A stretch of 64,000 nt of DNA from Candidatus Krumholzibacteriia bacterium (GCA_041484665.1 JBGPIA010000011.1:82091-146090), one strand, 5' to 3'. Counted from the stretch's first letter, positions 34,702 to 45,113 are shown. Numbers and translations are program-made. The notes: generated by a model not told the origin, from the letters alone.

Positions 34702-34789
34702 CCGGGCGGACGGACTGCAGGCGCCACGTCGCCGAACCGTGAGCAGACCGCGGAAGACAGCGGTAGACAGCGGCCGACCGCGGCGCCGA

Positions 34790-35665
34790 TCAGGGGGCGG
34801 ATCGCTCGCGGATCACGGGGGCTGGGCCACTCGACAGCACCGGAAGGGACGCGCCCAGCACCACCCGATTCAGCCCCACCCGGCACCGCCGCGCCAGCAC
34901 CTGCACGCCCGCTGCGCGGGCCTCCTGCAGGGCTTCCGCAAAGCCGGGATCGATGTGCCGCGCGGCGCGCACGCTTTGGGCGTCGGGGCGCTGCACCACG
35001 AACAGCACGGCCGCCACGCACTTTGCATGCCTCGCCAGATCCGCGAGCTCGCGGAGGTGCCGTGCGCCGCGCGCGGTAACGGCGTCGGGAAACAAGCCGA
35101 CTCCGTCCTCGACCAGCGTCACGCTCTTCACCTCCAACAGCATGCGTCCTCGTACCGTACCGTCCGCCGCGATCCGCCGCGCCCTGTGCCGCTGCCCGCC
35201 GTTCGCCGCCGCCCACGGTCCCGCCGCGGCTCCGCGCGCGCCCGGGTCGCACAGCAGGAAGTCGAACCGGCTGTGCCCCACCGTGACCTCCGCCCGCTCC
35301 AGCGTCCAGGCGCCGAGCTCGGGCAGGGCGCCGGCCCGCAGCGCCGCCGCGACCAGGCGATTGGGTAACGTGGTGTCCAACGAGACCAATCCGCGGCCAC
35401 TGGGCGTCTGGACCAGCGCGGCCGACCAACGCGTGCGGCGCGGCGCGCCACCGCCGCGCCGCGCGCCCAACGCATCGCGCAGCCACACACGGCGGCCCGC
35501 GACCAACAGCTCCCGCAACCGTCCCGGATCGGCGAGGTGCGCGGTGACCACTCCGCCCGTCGCCGCCAGGCGGCAGCGCAGCACGAAGCGGTTGGGGCGC
35601 GTCAGGAAGCGCGCCTCGTGGAGAGGCGAGGGCCACGCAATCGAGACCAGCGGCATCGCGGCCAA
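34790..35665 (-). CDS. sfsA: DNA/RNA nuclease SfsA
   Basis: RPNRF, HLADPGRLRELL, SRFDFL, EVKSVTL, FPDAVTARGARHLREL. Confidence 0.93.
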   Translation of the reverse strand: MAAMPLVSIAWPSPLHEARFLTRPNRFVLRCRLAATGGVVTAHLADPGRLRELLVAGRRVWLRDALGARRGGGAPRRTRWSAALVQTPSGRGLVSLDTTLPNRLVAAALRAGALPELGAWTLERAEVTVGHSRFDFLLCDPGARGAAAGPWAAANGGQRHRARRIAADGTVRGRMLLEVKSVTLVEDGVGLFPDAVTARGARHLRELADLARHAKCVAAVLFVVQRPDAQSVRAARHIDPGFAEALQEARAAGVQVLARRCRVGLNRVVLGASLPVLSSGPAPVIRERSAP

Positions 35666-35700
35666 AGGAGAACGCGGCCGCGGTGGCGCGGCCCGTTCGC

Positions 35701-36123
35701 TCAGGCTTCCTCCGACCTCGACGGCTCGCTCTTCGGGGCTGCCTCGGGCCTGCCCTGCGAACCGTAGGGATAGGCGGGAAGCTGTGTGGGGCGGAAGACA
35801 ACCCTCGTAATCCCGTGTTGCGCGAGCTCGGTCAGGAGAGCGTCCGCGCTCTGGACCAGCCAGTTCATGTACTCCCGGGTCGCCTCCAGGCTCTGTCTGA
35901 CCTCCTCGACGGTAAAGGCGCAGGGCCAGGGCGGGTAGCAGGGCGGCCCGCCGGGGTCGACCACTGCGGGTGCATTCGGAACCGTGACGACGACCTGCTT
36001 GCCCCCGTCCTCCACTTGCTGCACCGCCCCGAGGAAGAGATCGCCGTAGAAGCGCATGGCGTTTTCGGTCAAGCGCAGCTCCTTCCAGGCCTGCCGCGCG
36101 TCGAACGGGATGGTCTTGTTCAT
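35701..36123 (-). CDS. Hypothetical protein
   Basis: RBS ggagagga before ATG 36123; protein-like composition; follows the kinase on the same strand. Confidence 0.65.
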   Translation of the reverse strand: MNKTIPFDARQAWKELRLTENAMRFYGDLFLGAVQQVEDGGKQVVVTVPNAPAVVDPGGPPCYPPWPCAFTVEEVRQSLEATREYMNWLVQSADALLTELAQHGITRVVFRPTQLPAYPYGSQGRPEAAPKSEPSRSEEA

Positions 36124-36156
36124 GTCCTCTCCATTTCGGTTGCGGTCCAATTCGGC

Positions 36157-38934
36157 TCAGGGCTTTTCCGCACGCGCGGTTCCCAGCAGCTGGGCGAGCT
36201 CCACGTTACGCACATAGTCGGAGTCGGCGTCAGTCCACAGCGTGCGCAGGCGCTCCAGAGCCGCGCGCGCACCCGCGCGGTCACCCTGGGCCTGGTTGCT
36301 TTGGCCCAGCAGGAGCAACGCGTCCGGGTAATTGGGGTTGAAGGCCAGCACGCCCTGGGCGGCCCCGGCGGCCTCCTGCGGGTCGCCCCCGGCCAGGAGC
36401 GCCTCGCCCAGCGCCGTGCGCAGGAGCGGTTCATCGAGGCGGCCGGAGTAGGTGAGGGCCCGGCGGTGCATGCGCACCGCCCGCGGGAGATCGCGCTCCG
36501 CTTCGGCGAGCTTCCCCTCCAGGTTGTAGTAGTAGCGTTTCGCGGTCAGCGCCTCGGCGGTGGTGGAGTCCTCCAGGCTGCCCGCGAGCTGGTCGGCGAT
36601 GGCGAGCGCGTGCTGCTGCGCCGCCGGCAGGTCGCCCGCGGCGACGGAGAGCAAGCCCGCGATCCAGCGATTGTACCAGTCGTCTTGGATCTGCAGGGCC
36701 TGCGCGGCGCGCTGCTGCCCGCGCGCCGTCTCGCCGCGCACGTAGTCGAGGTAGGCGAGTTGCGCGAGCGGGCGCGAGTGGTCGAAGTACCCGCCGGGGT
36801 TTTCCTGCCAGCGCACGAGCGATTGCTCGGCCGCGCGCATTCGGCCCAGGTGCAGCAGCACGACCGCGCGGTAGGGGAGGTCGGCTCCTGACCGTTTGAG
36901 CGCGAGGGTGTCGCACAGCCCCAGCGCCACGCCATAGTCTCCCACCATCCCCTGCAGCTGAATCGTCCACATGAGCGGAAACGCCTCGTCCGGCAGGCGC
37001 TGGCGCCACTGGCGGCAGAGGCGCAGCGCCTCGCGGGGCCGGCCGATCTCCATGGAGCAGATGGTGAGATCGGCGAAGAACGAGGTGTCGAATGGATTGT
37101 GCTCGCGGACCGCGTTGAACTCGGCGTCGGCCTGCAGCCACTGTCGACGGCGCATGTACACGCGGGCGAGCTTGACGCGCGCGTCGACCTCCTCGGGGTG
37201 CTCCGCCAGGATCTGCTCGTAGCGCCGAGCCGCTTCGTCGTACTGCTGGTGGCCGAGGAACCACTCCGCCTCGACCAGATCGCGCAGCGTCTGGGGAGCG
37301 CCGTGGCGGTACTTCATGGCCAACGTCAGGAATCGTAGCCGCCCCTCCTCGTCCAGAGCCAGCCTGGCCAGGTACAGGTACGCATGTGCGAACGACGAGT
37401 CCGCAGCGACGGCTTCCTGGAAGCTCGCCCTCGCCGCCGGCGTGTCGTGCCGCTGGTAATGCCGCAGGCCCTCTTCGAAGAAACGCATGGCTTCCACGGA
37501 GCTCGTGGAGTGCGCCGGCGACGCGGCGTCCTTGCCCGTGACGCGCTGCAGCGGGGCGCGCAGAGCCTGCGCGATGCTTCCGGCCAGCGTGTCCACGGAG
37601 CCGAAGAACTCCGCGTCGAGGTCGTGCAACTCACGGGGCCAGCTGGCCACCACCGCGCCCCTGTCCAGATCCTGGAGCTCGCAGTTGATGCGGATCCGGC
37701 CGCCGCTGGCGGTGTAGTTTCCGCTCACCAGATACGCGGCCTTCGCCTCGCGCGCTGCCCCGAACAGGTTGCGCACGGGGATCCCGGCGGCCTGGGGCGC
37801 TGCGACCTCCAGCGCGGACATGACCGTGGTGCGGCTGACGACGGTGTAGCCATCCACGCGCCCCAGCGCTCCGATCAGCCCGTCCATGATGCCGCTGGAA
37901 AGCCACTCCAGGTCCGCCACGCCGCGCGTGTTGTCGAACGGGGCCACCATGATGCGGCGCGGCGCAGGAGCCCGGCCCGCCCGCTCGAGCACGCGCGGGC
38001 CCAGCAGCGCGAGCGCGACCAACAAGACGCCCAGTCCTGCCCACTGCGCGCGCCGCCTCGACCGCGTCCAGCGCTGCGCGTACAGCGTCTGGTCCGTCGC
38101 AGGCGCGCTCGCCGCGAGCCGGGCGCGTACGATCTCCAGATCGTGCAGCAGGCTGTTGGCATCGGGGTAGCGATGCTCCGGCTCCTTGGCCAACGCGCGC
38201 GCCACGATCTCGTCGAAGCCGGCGGGCAGTCCGACCGTCAGCGTGGAGAGCCGGGGCGCCTCGACGGTGAGCAGATCGTGCACGAACGAGCCCCGTTCCT
38301 TGGGCTCGAAGGGAAGCCGGCGGGTCAGCATCTCGAACAGGACCACGCCCAGCGAGTAGAGATCGGCCCGGGCGTCCACCGGACGGCCCTGCAGCTGCTC
38401 GGGCGCCATGTAGCAGAGCGTGCCCACGATCTCGCCGGCGCGGGTGATGGTGGTGCTGTCGACCAGATGCGCCACCCCGAAGTCGAGCACCTTGCAGTGC
38501 CCCTCGGGGGTGACCATGACGTTTTCCGGCTTGAGGTCGCGGTGCACCAGCCCGTGGGCGTGGGCCGCGCGCAGCCCGTCGGTGACCTCGCACGCGATGC
38601 GGACGGCCTGGGCGGCATCCACTCCCTCGCCGCCCAAGATGGCCCGCAGCGTGCGCCCGCGCACGTACTGCATGACCAGGTAGAGCCCCTCACCGTCCTG
38701 GAGCGCCTCGAACAGGGTGACGATGTTGGGATGATCGAGATCGGAGATCGCGCGCGCCTCGCGCAGGAAGCGCGCGCGCTCGGTGGGGCCGGCCAGCGCT
38801 GGGTGCTTGAGGGCCTTGACGGCCACCGTGCGCCCGAGCATGAGGTCCTCGGCGCGGTACACGGCACCCATCGACCCCTCCCCGAGCAGCTCGAGGAGGC
38901 GGTAGTGCGAGACGGTGGGGGACACCGGGACCAT
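36157..38934 (-). CDS. Hanks-type Ser/Thr kinase with TM segment, TolB-N/FlgO-like domain and TPRs
   Basis: GEGSMG, VAVK, HRDLKPEN, DFG, YMAPE, DLYSLG; TM; VAPFDN..WLSSGI; TPR-like helices. Confidence 0.95.
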   Translation of the reverse strand: MVPVSPTVSHYRLLELLGEGSMGAVYRAEDLMLGRTVAVKALKHPALAGPTERARFLREARAISDLDHPNIVTLFEALQDGEGLYLVMQYVRGRTLRAILGGEGVDAAQAVRIACEVTDGLRAAHAHGLVHRDLKPENVMVTPEGHCKVLDFGVAHLVDSTTITRAGEIVGTLCYMAPEQLQGRPVDARADLYSLGVVLFEMLTRRLPFEPKERGSFVHDLLTVEAPRLSTLTVGLPAGFDEIVARALAKEPEHRYPDANSLLHDLEIVRARLAASAPATDQTLYAQRWTRSRRRAQWAGLGVLLVALALLGPRVLERAGRAPAPRRIMVAPFDNTRGVADLEWLSSGIMDGLIGALGRVDGYTVVSRTTVMSALEVAAPQAAGIPVRNLFGAAREAKAAYLVSGNYTASGGRIRINCELQDLDRGAVVASWPRELHDLDAEFFGSVDTLAGSIAQALRAPLQRVTGKDAASPAHSTSSVEAMRFFEEGLRHYQRHDTPAARASFQEAVAADSSFAHAYLYLARLALDEEGRLRFLTLAMKYRHGAPQTLRDLVEAEWFLGHQQYDEAARRYEQILAEHPEEVDARVKLARVYMRRRQWLQADAEFNAVREHNPFDTSFFADLTICSMEIGRPREALRLCRQWRQRLPDEAFPLMWTIQLQGMVGDYGVALGLCDTLALKRSGADLPYRAVVLLHLGRMRAAEQSLVRWQENPGGYFDHSRPLAQLAYLDYVRGETARGQQRAAQALQIQDDWYNRWIAGLLSVAAGDLPAAQQHALAIADQLAGSLEDSTTAEALTAKRYYYNLEGKLAEAERDLPRAVRMHRRALTYSGRLDEPLLRTALGEALLAGGDPQEAAGAAQGVLAFNPNYPDALLLLGQSNQAQGDRAGARAALERLRTLWTDADSDYVRNVELAQLLGTARAEKP

Positions 38935-39133
38935 GGGGCGCTCCCGTCGTCGAGGAGGACAGCGGCGTCAGCCCCGGGTCCAGGCTATCCCAATGCAATC
39001 CGGAGGAACAAGTGCGGAACATGCGCGGAACGAGTGACGAGGCGCCGCGCCGCGCCGGGCAGGCGCCCTCCGGCACGCGCGCGACGGTGACCAGGTCGAG
39101 GGCCCACCGCCGGCGGCCCTTCCTGTGGTGCCT

Positions 39134-41149
39134 TTACTGCGCCACCAGCGGCGGCCCCGGCCCCTCCGTCGGGGCGAGGATCTCGAACACCTCGATCGGC
39201 TCGTCGATCCCCTTGAGCTGCCGCGGGCCCAGCGAGCGCGTGGACACGCCGTCGACGGCCAGCGCCGTGCGGCGATCCAGCAGGATCTGCCCGTCGAGGC
39301 TCAGCGCCTGCAGCCGGGCGGCGAGATTGACGGTATTACCGATCACCGTGTATTCGAGCCGCTCGCTGCTGCCGACGTTGCCGGCGACCACCGACCCGGT
39401 GGCGATGGCGATCCCCATCTTGATCGGCGGCTTGCCCTCCGCGCGCCGCGCCTCGTTATGGGCGGCCAGGCGCTCTTGCATGCGCCGGGCGGCCTCGACA
39501 GCTCGCTGCGGATCGTCGGGGCGCTCGATGGGCGCGCCGAACACCGCCAGGATCGCGTCGCCAAGGAACTTGTTGACGGTGCCGTCGAGCGCGAAGATCA
39601 CCTCGACCATCTCGCTCAGGAATCCGTTGAGCTCGTCCACGAGCTGGCCGGGCTCCATGGTACGGGTCCAGGCGGTGAAGCCCCGGATGTCGACGAACAC
39701 CACCGTGGACTGCTTGAGCGAGCCGCCCAGCTGGATGCGGCCGGCATCCGCCAGGATTCCCTCGAGCAGATCCCGCGAGACGTACTTCTGGAAGGTGCTG
39801 CGCAGGATCTGTCGCTCGCTCTCCTGGCCCACGAACGTGAGCGAGGTGACGATCAGGTAGCCCAGCAGGAGCGCCACCGTGGGCGCGACCACCGGCACGA
39901 GCAGCCGTCCCATGGTGAATGCCAGGTGCGCTGTCGCCAGCAGCCCCAGCAACACGGCGAGCCACAGCCAGAACCACCGCGATGACTTCAGCGTCGGGCC
40001 GATGGCGCTGCCGAACAGCAGCACGAGCGCCGCGGCCAGCAGCGGCCATCGCAGCGGCAGACGCGTCAGCCGGCAGCCCTGCAGGAGGTCGTTGAGCAGG
40101 TTGGCGTGCACGTATAGCAGCGGCATCGACGCGCTCACCGGCGTCATGCCGAAATCCAGACTGTAGCTGCCGGCACCCGTCACACCCACCAGCACGATCT
40201 TGCCCTTGAATACGTCGAGCTCGCCCTGGTGGGAAGGATCGGCGGCCGCGCTCTTGATGCGCGTGACGGCCTCGATGAAGCTGATGCGGTTCACGCCGGG
40301 GAGGAACGCGTCGCGATCGCCGACGTAATTGATCTCGTGCAGTCCGTCGCGGGGCAGCCGCAGCACCCGACGCCCGCTGCGCGCCTCGACGATCCAGCCG
40401 GCCAGCGGATCTGCCACCACATCGGGGGGCGCCAGATGCCGTGCCTGCATCCAGCAGACCAACGCCAGCGTGGGGAACAGCCGCCCGCCAGTTTGGATGA
40501 CCAGCGGCACGCGGCGAAAGCTCCCGTCGGCCTCCAGGTCCTGCAGCAGCGTGACCTGGCCCACGCCCACGCCCGCAGGCAGGAAGCTCGCCAGCGGCAT
40601 GTCGAGGCGGCTGCCCGCGTAGGCGAGCGGCATGCTCGTGCCCGGGCGCAACGGAATCGTGTACGGATTCAGAAGGGTGTCGCGCCGCGCCGCGATGGGC
40701 TGCCCGCGGGAAAGCTCGTCGAAGAAGTGCGCGGCCAGCACAGCTCTGCCCGGGCTGCTGCGCAGCTCCACCCAGAGCAGCTGGTCGCGCTCGGCCAGGG
40801 TGGCGGACGTGGTGAACAGCAAATCGAACCCAATCGAGGCGGCTCCCGCCTGCCGCAGCCCGTCCAGCAGCACGCCATGCTGATCGCGCTCGAGGGGAAA
40901 CTGGCCGCCGTAGCGCTGGATCGTTTCGTCGTCGATCTCGACTACGAGCAGATCGGGGTGGACGGCCGGCGGCTGGCGCAGGCGGAAGCGGACGTCCTGC
41001 GTCTTGAGCTCGAGGATGGAAATGAAACGCATTTGCGCCAGCGCGGCGCACAGCAGGGGCAGCAGGATCGCCACGAGCAGCGCGCGCTCCCAGCGCGCGC
41101 GCCGCGTCCTGCCCAGCCAGAAGGGCGTGAGCTGCCAGCCGATCCGCAC
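39134..41149 (-). CDS. CHASE2 domain class III adenylate cyclase
   Basis: VVEIDDET, IGFDLLF, DGSFRR, GKIVLVG, HANLL (CHASE2); three TM; FVDIRGFT, KFLGD, YTVIGNTVNLAARL. Confidence 0.95.
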   Translation of the reverse strand: MRIGWQLTPFWLGRTRRARWERALLVAILLPLLCAALAQMRFISILELKTQDVRFRLRQPPAVHPDLLVVEIDDETIQRYGGQFPLERDQHGVLLDGLRQAGAASIGFDLLFTTSATLAERDQLLWVELRSSPGRAVLAAHFFDELSRGQPIAARRDTLLNPYTIPLRPGTSMPLAYAGSRLDMPLASFLPAGVGVGQVTLLQDLEADGSFRRVPLVIQTGGRLFPTLALVCWMQARHLAPPDVVADPLAGWIVEARSGRRVLRLPRDGLHEINYVGDRDAFLPGVNRISFIEAVTRIKSAAADPSHQGELDVFKGKIVLVGVTGAGSYSLDFGMTPVSASMPLLYVHANLLNDLLQGCRLTRLPLRWPLLAAALVLLFGSAIGPTLKSSRWFWLWLAVLLGLLATAHLAFTMGRLLVPVVAPTVALLLGYLIVTSLTFVGQESERQILRSTFQKYVSRDLLEGILADAGRIQLGGSLKQSTVVFVDIRGFTAWTRTMEPGQLVDELNGFLSEMVEVIFALDGTVNKFLGDAILAVFGAPIERPDDPQRAVEAARRMQERLAAHNEARRAEGKPPIKMGIAIATGSVVAGNVGSSERLEYTVIGNTVNLAARLQALSLDGQILLDRRTALAVDGVSTRSLGPRQLKGIDEPIEVFEILAPTEGPGPPLVAQ

Positions 41150-41152
41150 GCC

Positions 41153-42112
41153 CTAGGGACGCTCCGCAGCAGCCAGGGCCAGCGGCATCCAGTAGAGCCG
41201 CTGCGGCCCGGTCTCGACTTGGTCGGCCTTCGTCCCGGCCGCGCGCGTGGCGACCTTGTTCGCCTCGGCCACCGTGCTGCGCGTCGACAGCGAATCCGCC
41301 CGCGGGATCTTCTGCATGGCGCGCGCGAGCAGGTCCTCGATCTCCACCGTACGCAGGCCGGCCTCGTCGGCGGCCTTCGTCGCAATCGCGCCAGGGGCAC
41401 CCGGCCCGCCGGATGCACCCGCGACGCCCGCTGCGCTCACCGCGCCGGCCGCGCCAGCGACGCCCGTCGACCCGTTGGCAGTGCCCGCGTCGGCGCCGAC
41501 ACCGCTCTCCGGAGCGTCTTGCGTCGAGAGGCCCAGCAGGAAGTACGCGTTCTGCACGTCGCCCACCAGCCGTAGGCCCCGGCGCACGTGGGTCAGGCTC
41601 GCCTCCTCCTCACCCACGGCGTGCAGGAGCACGCCCAGATTCAGGTGCAGGCCGCCCTCGCGGGGCGCGGCCGCGATCGCCCGCTCATACAGCTCGCGGG
41701 CGCGGGGCGTCTGCCCCTGGAGGAAGTAGACGTTCGCCGCGTTGTTGAGCGCGGCAGGTTGCTCAGGCTGCTCGGCCAGCACGAGGCTGAACTGACGCAG
41801 CGCATCCTCCAGATGGCCGCCCTTGGCCTGGACGATCCCCAGCTCATTGCGCAGGCGCAGCTTCTCCCCATCGGCCGTTGTGGCGGGTGCCGCGAGCGCC
41901 TTCGCGGGCGAGGCGAGCGCGCCCGCTGCGCCGCCGGCGCCCGTCGCGCCCGTGGCATGCCCGGCTCGCGCCGCCGAGGAAGCTGGGGAGGCCTGGGCGG
42001 AGAGCGCAGGAACCGCGGCCGCGCACAGCCCCGGCAGCAGGAGCAGGGCCAGCGCTCGCGTCGGACGCAGCGGGCTGGCGGCGAAAGCAGCGGGGCGGCG
42101 GAAGCGCATCAT
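41153..42112 (-). CDS. Exported TPR protein
   Basis: RBS aggag, ATG 42112; signal peptide; RNELGI, ALNNAANVY, LNLGVLL TPR helices; C-terminal LYW. Confidence 0.85.
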   Translation of the reverse strand: MMRFRRPAAFAASPLRPTRALALLLLPGLCAAAVPALSAQASPASSAARAGHATGATGAGGAAGALASPAKALAAPATTADGEKLRLRNELGIVQAKGGHLEDALRQFSLVLAEQPEQPAALNNAANVYFLQGQTPRARELYERAIAAAPREGGLHLNLGVLLHAVGEEEASLTHVRRGLRLVGDVQNAYFLLGLSTQDAPESGVGADAGTANGSTGVAGAAGAVSAAGVAGASGGPGAPGAIATKAADEAGLRTVEIEDLLARAMQKIPRADSLSTRSTVAEANKVATRAAGTKADQVETGPQRLYWMPLALAAAERP

Positions 42113-42140
42113 GATCTGTCTCCTGGCTGTGGGGGGGAGC

Positions 42141-44900
42141 CTACTTCGTACCGGCCGGGGACTTCCAGTACAGCACGTCGTGCAATGTCTCGGCCTCGAT
42201 CTTGGCCCCGCGCGAGCCTCCAGGGACCGTGCGCTGTGGCAGCCCCGCGGCGCCGTTGGCCGCCGTCGAGTCCTGCTTGGTGGTCCGCGCGGTGTCGGGG
42301 GCGCCCGTGGTGGTGGCCTGCGACGCGCCGCCCAGCGCCCGCGCCAGGGAGTCGGGCTGCGCCGCCGCGAGGCCCGGCACGCGCCGGCCATCGCGCGCGC
42401 TGTCGGCGCCTGCCGTGGCGGCCGCGACGGTGTCCTGCTGCGCGAGCAAGGGCTCCGGCACGGCCGACATTGCCTGCTTGAGCAGCTCCTCCACGCGCTG
42501 CAGGCTGAGCTGCTCGAGGGCCACAGCCTCGCCAGCGCGTCCACCCGAAGCTACGGTCGCGTCGGCCTTCACGCCCAGCATCTGCAGGGCGGCCGCCACG
42601 CTGCCGGCCTTGTGCACCGCGCGCGAGAGCTCCTTCTGGCCCTCATCGCTGCGCCCGAGCACGTGCAGGGCCAGCCCGCGGTTGAGCGCGATGCCGGGGT
42701 CATCGCTGTCCATGGCCCGGGCTCGGTCGTAGCTGCGCAGCGCGACCCGGTCGTCACCGCGAGCCAGCTCCGTGTTTCCCAGATTGTTCCACAGCGCCGC
42801 GTCGCGCGCGCCCTCGGACACCGAAACCAGCTCGGTGTAGGCCCGGTCATAGTCGCGGTTGAGGTAGTACACCCGTGCCAGCTTGATGGCGTCCTGCGTC
42901 GGGTTCTCCTGCCCCAGGTGGGCCAGATACGTCTGCTTGAGGAAGTCATCGCGCCAGCCGCCGATCTGCGCCAAGTCCTCGCTGACCGCGCGCGTCACCG
43001 TGCTGGCATCCACCACGGGGGCCTTAGCGCCGGCCGGAATGCGCGCGGCGTAGACGGCCGCCTCGTAGCGGGCGCGGGCCTGCAGCACGTCCACCACGTG
43101 CAGCTTGTCGGAGCCCTCCCAGCGCCGGAAGAGATCGGCGCCCTTGCGCCAGGCCTGATGGAACGGGGCGCCCAGGGCGGTGGTCTCGACCGGGATCCAC
43201 AGCGAGCCCTCGCGCTCGACGAACAGCGCCGGATCCAGCCCCGTGGCGTCGCGCTCGCGGGCGTGGATCCCCGTGTCGAACATCACGTAGATGTGCTCGG
43301 GCACGTCGACCAGCGCGGTGCGGATGCCGACGTTCTCCAGCATCGTGGCGTAGAGCACCGAGCTGTCGTCGCAGTCGCCGCTGCGATGCACGAGCAGCTC
43401 GGCCGGGTACTGGATGTTGTCGACCGCGAACGGCTTGTCGCGCATCGCGCCGTAGGGGTTCAGCGCATCCGGCGTGTAGGTGATCCCGCAGGCCGCCAGC
43501 CCATCGAACAGGCGCGCGGCGAGCGTCGTGGTCCGGTTGAGGACGCCGCGGTCCTGGGCTGCGGTGGCCTTGACGATGTCGCGGGTGAAGTCCGACACCA
43601 GCTCGTTGCTGGGCGTGATGAAAGCCGCCGCGCGCTCCACGCCGTCGCCCCAGGTCAGCACGCCGGGCTCGTACATGAACGTCTGCACCTTGCGGCTCTC
43701 GTTGCGCCGTCGGCCGGCGCTCTGGTAGGTGACCTCCACCGTGAAGGGCATGGGGCGCCCCTCGCGCAGCTCCACCACGCGCGGCGACAGCGGCAGCGTC
43801 ACCGGCACGCGGGTGGCCGCGCCAGGGCGCAGGTAGAGCGTGCGCTCGCTCGGCTCGTCCATGACCTGCTTCTGCATGACGCTCACGCGCACCTCGACGG
43901 GCTGATCCGTGAGGCTGGTGAGGACCACCTCGCCGGTGGGCTCTGTGGCGTAGGTCTTGTAGAAACTGGCGAACAGCGGCTGCAGGCTGGCGTCGCTCAC
44001 GTCGACCAGCTTGGGGGCCAGCGTGAAGTCGACAGCGACGCCGAAGGTGTGCGTCGCGTCGAGCATGGGGTGGCTTTGGAAGCTGTAGCAGATGGTGGCC
44101 GGCCCGTACTGCAGCCCGAAGCCCAGCGACAGGCGGGAGCCGTCCAGGCCGTCGAGGTCCTTCGTCCATCCGCCGCGTACCGCCAGCGCCTGCAGCAGCT
44201 GCCACTCGACGCCAGCGTGGGCATCGCGGTCGACGTCCGCCACGACCAGCACAGTCGGGATGACCTGCCAAGCGCCGCCCGCGGCCAGCACGCCGTCGAA
44301 CGGCCGCGACGTGCTCCCGTCGTCGTAGCGCAGCGTGCTGCCGCCCGCGTCACGCCACGCGACGCCCAGCGAGACGTTGTGCCGCGGCATCACGAGCGCG
44401 CCAAAGTCCATCCCGATGCCCGAACCCGTTCCCTGGTCCACGCTCTGGTAGGTCTGCTTGTACTGCCGGTACTTGGCTGCCGCTCCCAGCGAGACCCTGC
44501 GCACCGGCTGCCAGCCGAGCCCGAAGCTGATGCGATTGAGGCCGTCCTCGAGCCCGCCATCGGAGAATCCGCTGTGGTACCACTCCAGCCCGAACCCCAA
44601 GCCCTGCCACGCGGGGGACGCCAGGGACAGGAGATTGTCGCGGATCCCCAGGCCGAACTGGTTGGCGGTCGTGGCGCGCAGGCTGGAGACACGCAATCGG
44701 CCCAGCCCGGCCGGGTTCCAGTAGAGGGCGTCGGCCCCTTCAGCCACGGCCGTGTAGGCCCCGCCCAGCGCGAGCGGACGCGGTCCCACGGGTACCTGGT
44801 CCTCCCCGGAGCCCGCCAGCGCTGGCGTGGACGCCAGGATCGGCGACAGGGCTAGCCCGGCCGTGAGCGTCCAGGAGAGTGATAACCGATTGCAGTTCAT
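42141..44900 (-). CDS. PorV/PorQ-like beta-barrel + transglutaminase-like domain + TPR fusion protein
   Basis: GPRPLALGGAYTAVAEGADALYWNPAGL (PorV/FadL-type start); QYPAELL..GDCDD, PEHIY, WIPVETT; WNNLGN, LNRGL TPRs. Confidence 0.82.
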   Translation of the reverse strand: MNCNRLSLSWTLTAGLALSPILASTPALAGSGEDQVPVGPRPLALGGAYTAVAEGADALYWNPAGLGRLRVSSLRATTANQFGLGIRDNLLSLASPAWQGLGFGLEWYHSGFSDGGLEDGLNRISFGLGWQPVRRVSLGAAAKYRQYKQTYQSVDQGTGSGIGMDFGALVMPRHNVSLGVAWRDAGGSTLRYDDGSTSRPFDGVLAAGGAWQVIPTVLVVADVDRDAHAGVEWQLLQALAVRGGWTKDLDGLDGSRLSLGFGLQYGPATICYSFQSHPMLDATHTFGVAVDFTLAPKLVDVSDASLQPLFASFYKTYATEPTGEVVLTSLTDQPVEVRVSVMQKQVMDEPSERTLYLRPGAATRVPVTLPLSPRVVELREGRPMPFTVEVTYQSAGRRRNESRKVQTFMYEPGVLTWGDGVERAAAFITPSNELVSDFTRDIVKATAAQDRGVLNRTTTLAARLFDGLAACGITYTPDALNPYGAMRDKPFAVDNIQYPAELLVHRSGDCDDSSVLYATMLENVGIRTALVDVPEHIYVMFDTGIHARERDATGLDPALFVEREGSLWIPVETTALGAPFHQAWRKGADLFRRWEGSDKLHVVDVLQARARYEAAVYAARIPAGAKAPVVDASTVTRAVSEDLAQIGGWRDDFLKQTYLAHLGQENPTQDAIKLARVYYLNRDYDRAYTELVSVSEGARDAALWNNLGNTELARGDDRVALRSYDRARAMDSDDPGIALNRGLALHVLGRSDEGQKELSRAVHKAGSVAAALQMLGVKADATVASGGRAGEAVALEQLSLQRVEELLKQAMSAVPEPLLAQQDTVAAATAGADSARDGRRVPGLAAAQPDSLARALGGASQATTTGAPDTARTTKQDSTAANGAAGLPQRTVPGGSRGAKIEAETLHDVLYWKSPAGTK

Positions 44901-44963
44901 GATTTTATCGGCTTAGAGCCGTCCTTGTGTCAGCGTCCGGCTTCTGGCCTGATCTCTCGTCTG

Positions 44964-44979
44964 TGCAGCCGCCGCGCCA
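44964..44979 (-). promoter_or_regulatory. Candidate sigma54 (-24/-12) promoter
   Basis: Minus strand TGGCGCGgcggCTGCA, GG-N10-GC, about 64 bp upstream of ATG 44900 and just downstream of a sigma54 activator gene. Confidence 0.55.
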
Positions 44980-45113
44980 TGCGCCCGGGCTCGCCTGCCG
45001 TGCCGCGCCCGGGTCTGCCTGGGCCCGCCTGCGCCTGCCACGCGCCGGCGGCGCGCCGGCGGCGCGACTGCGGCGCGCGCGCCGGGCGACGCCGACCTTG
45101 ACGCGGCCGTGGC

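Noticed and set aside
41823..44855. 1010-aa plus-strand ORF and other long antisense ORFs (for example 13388..15880, 60789..62957, 45129..46964)
   Set aside because: They are shadow frames of real genes, expected at this GC content, with no recognisable motifs.
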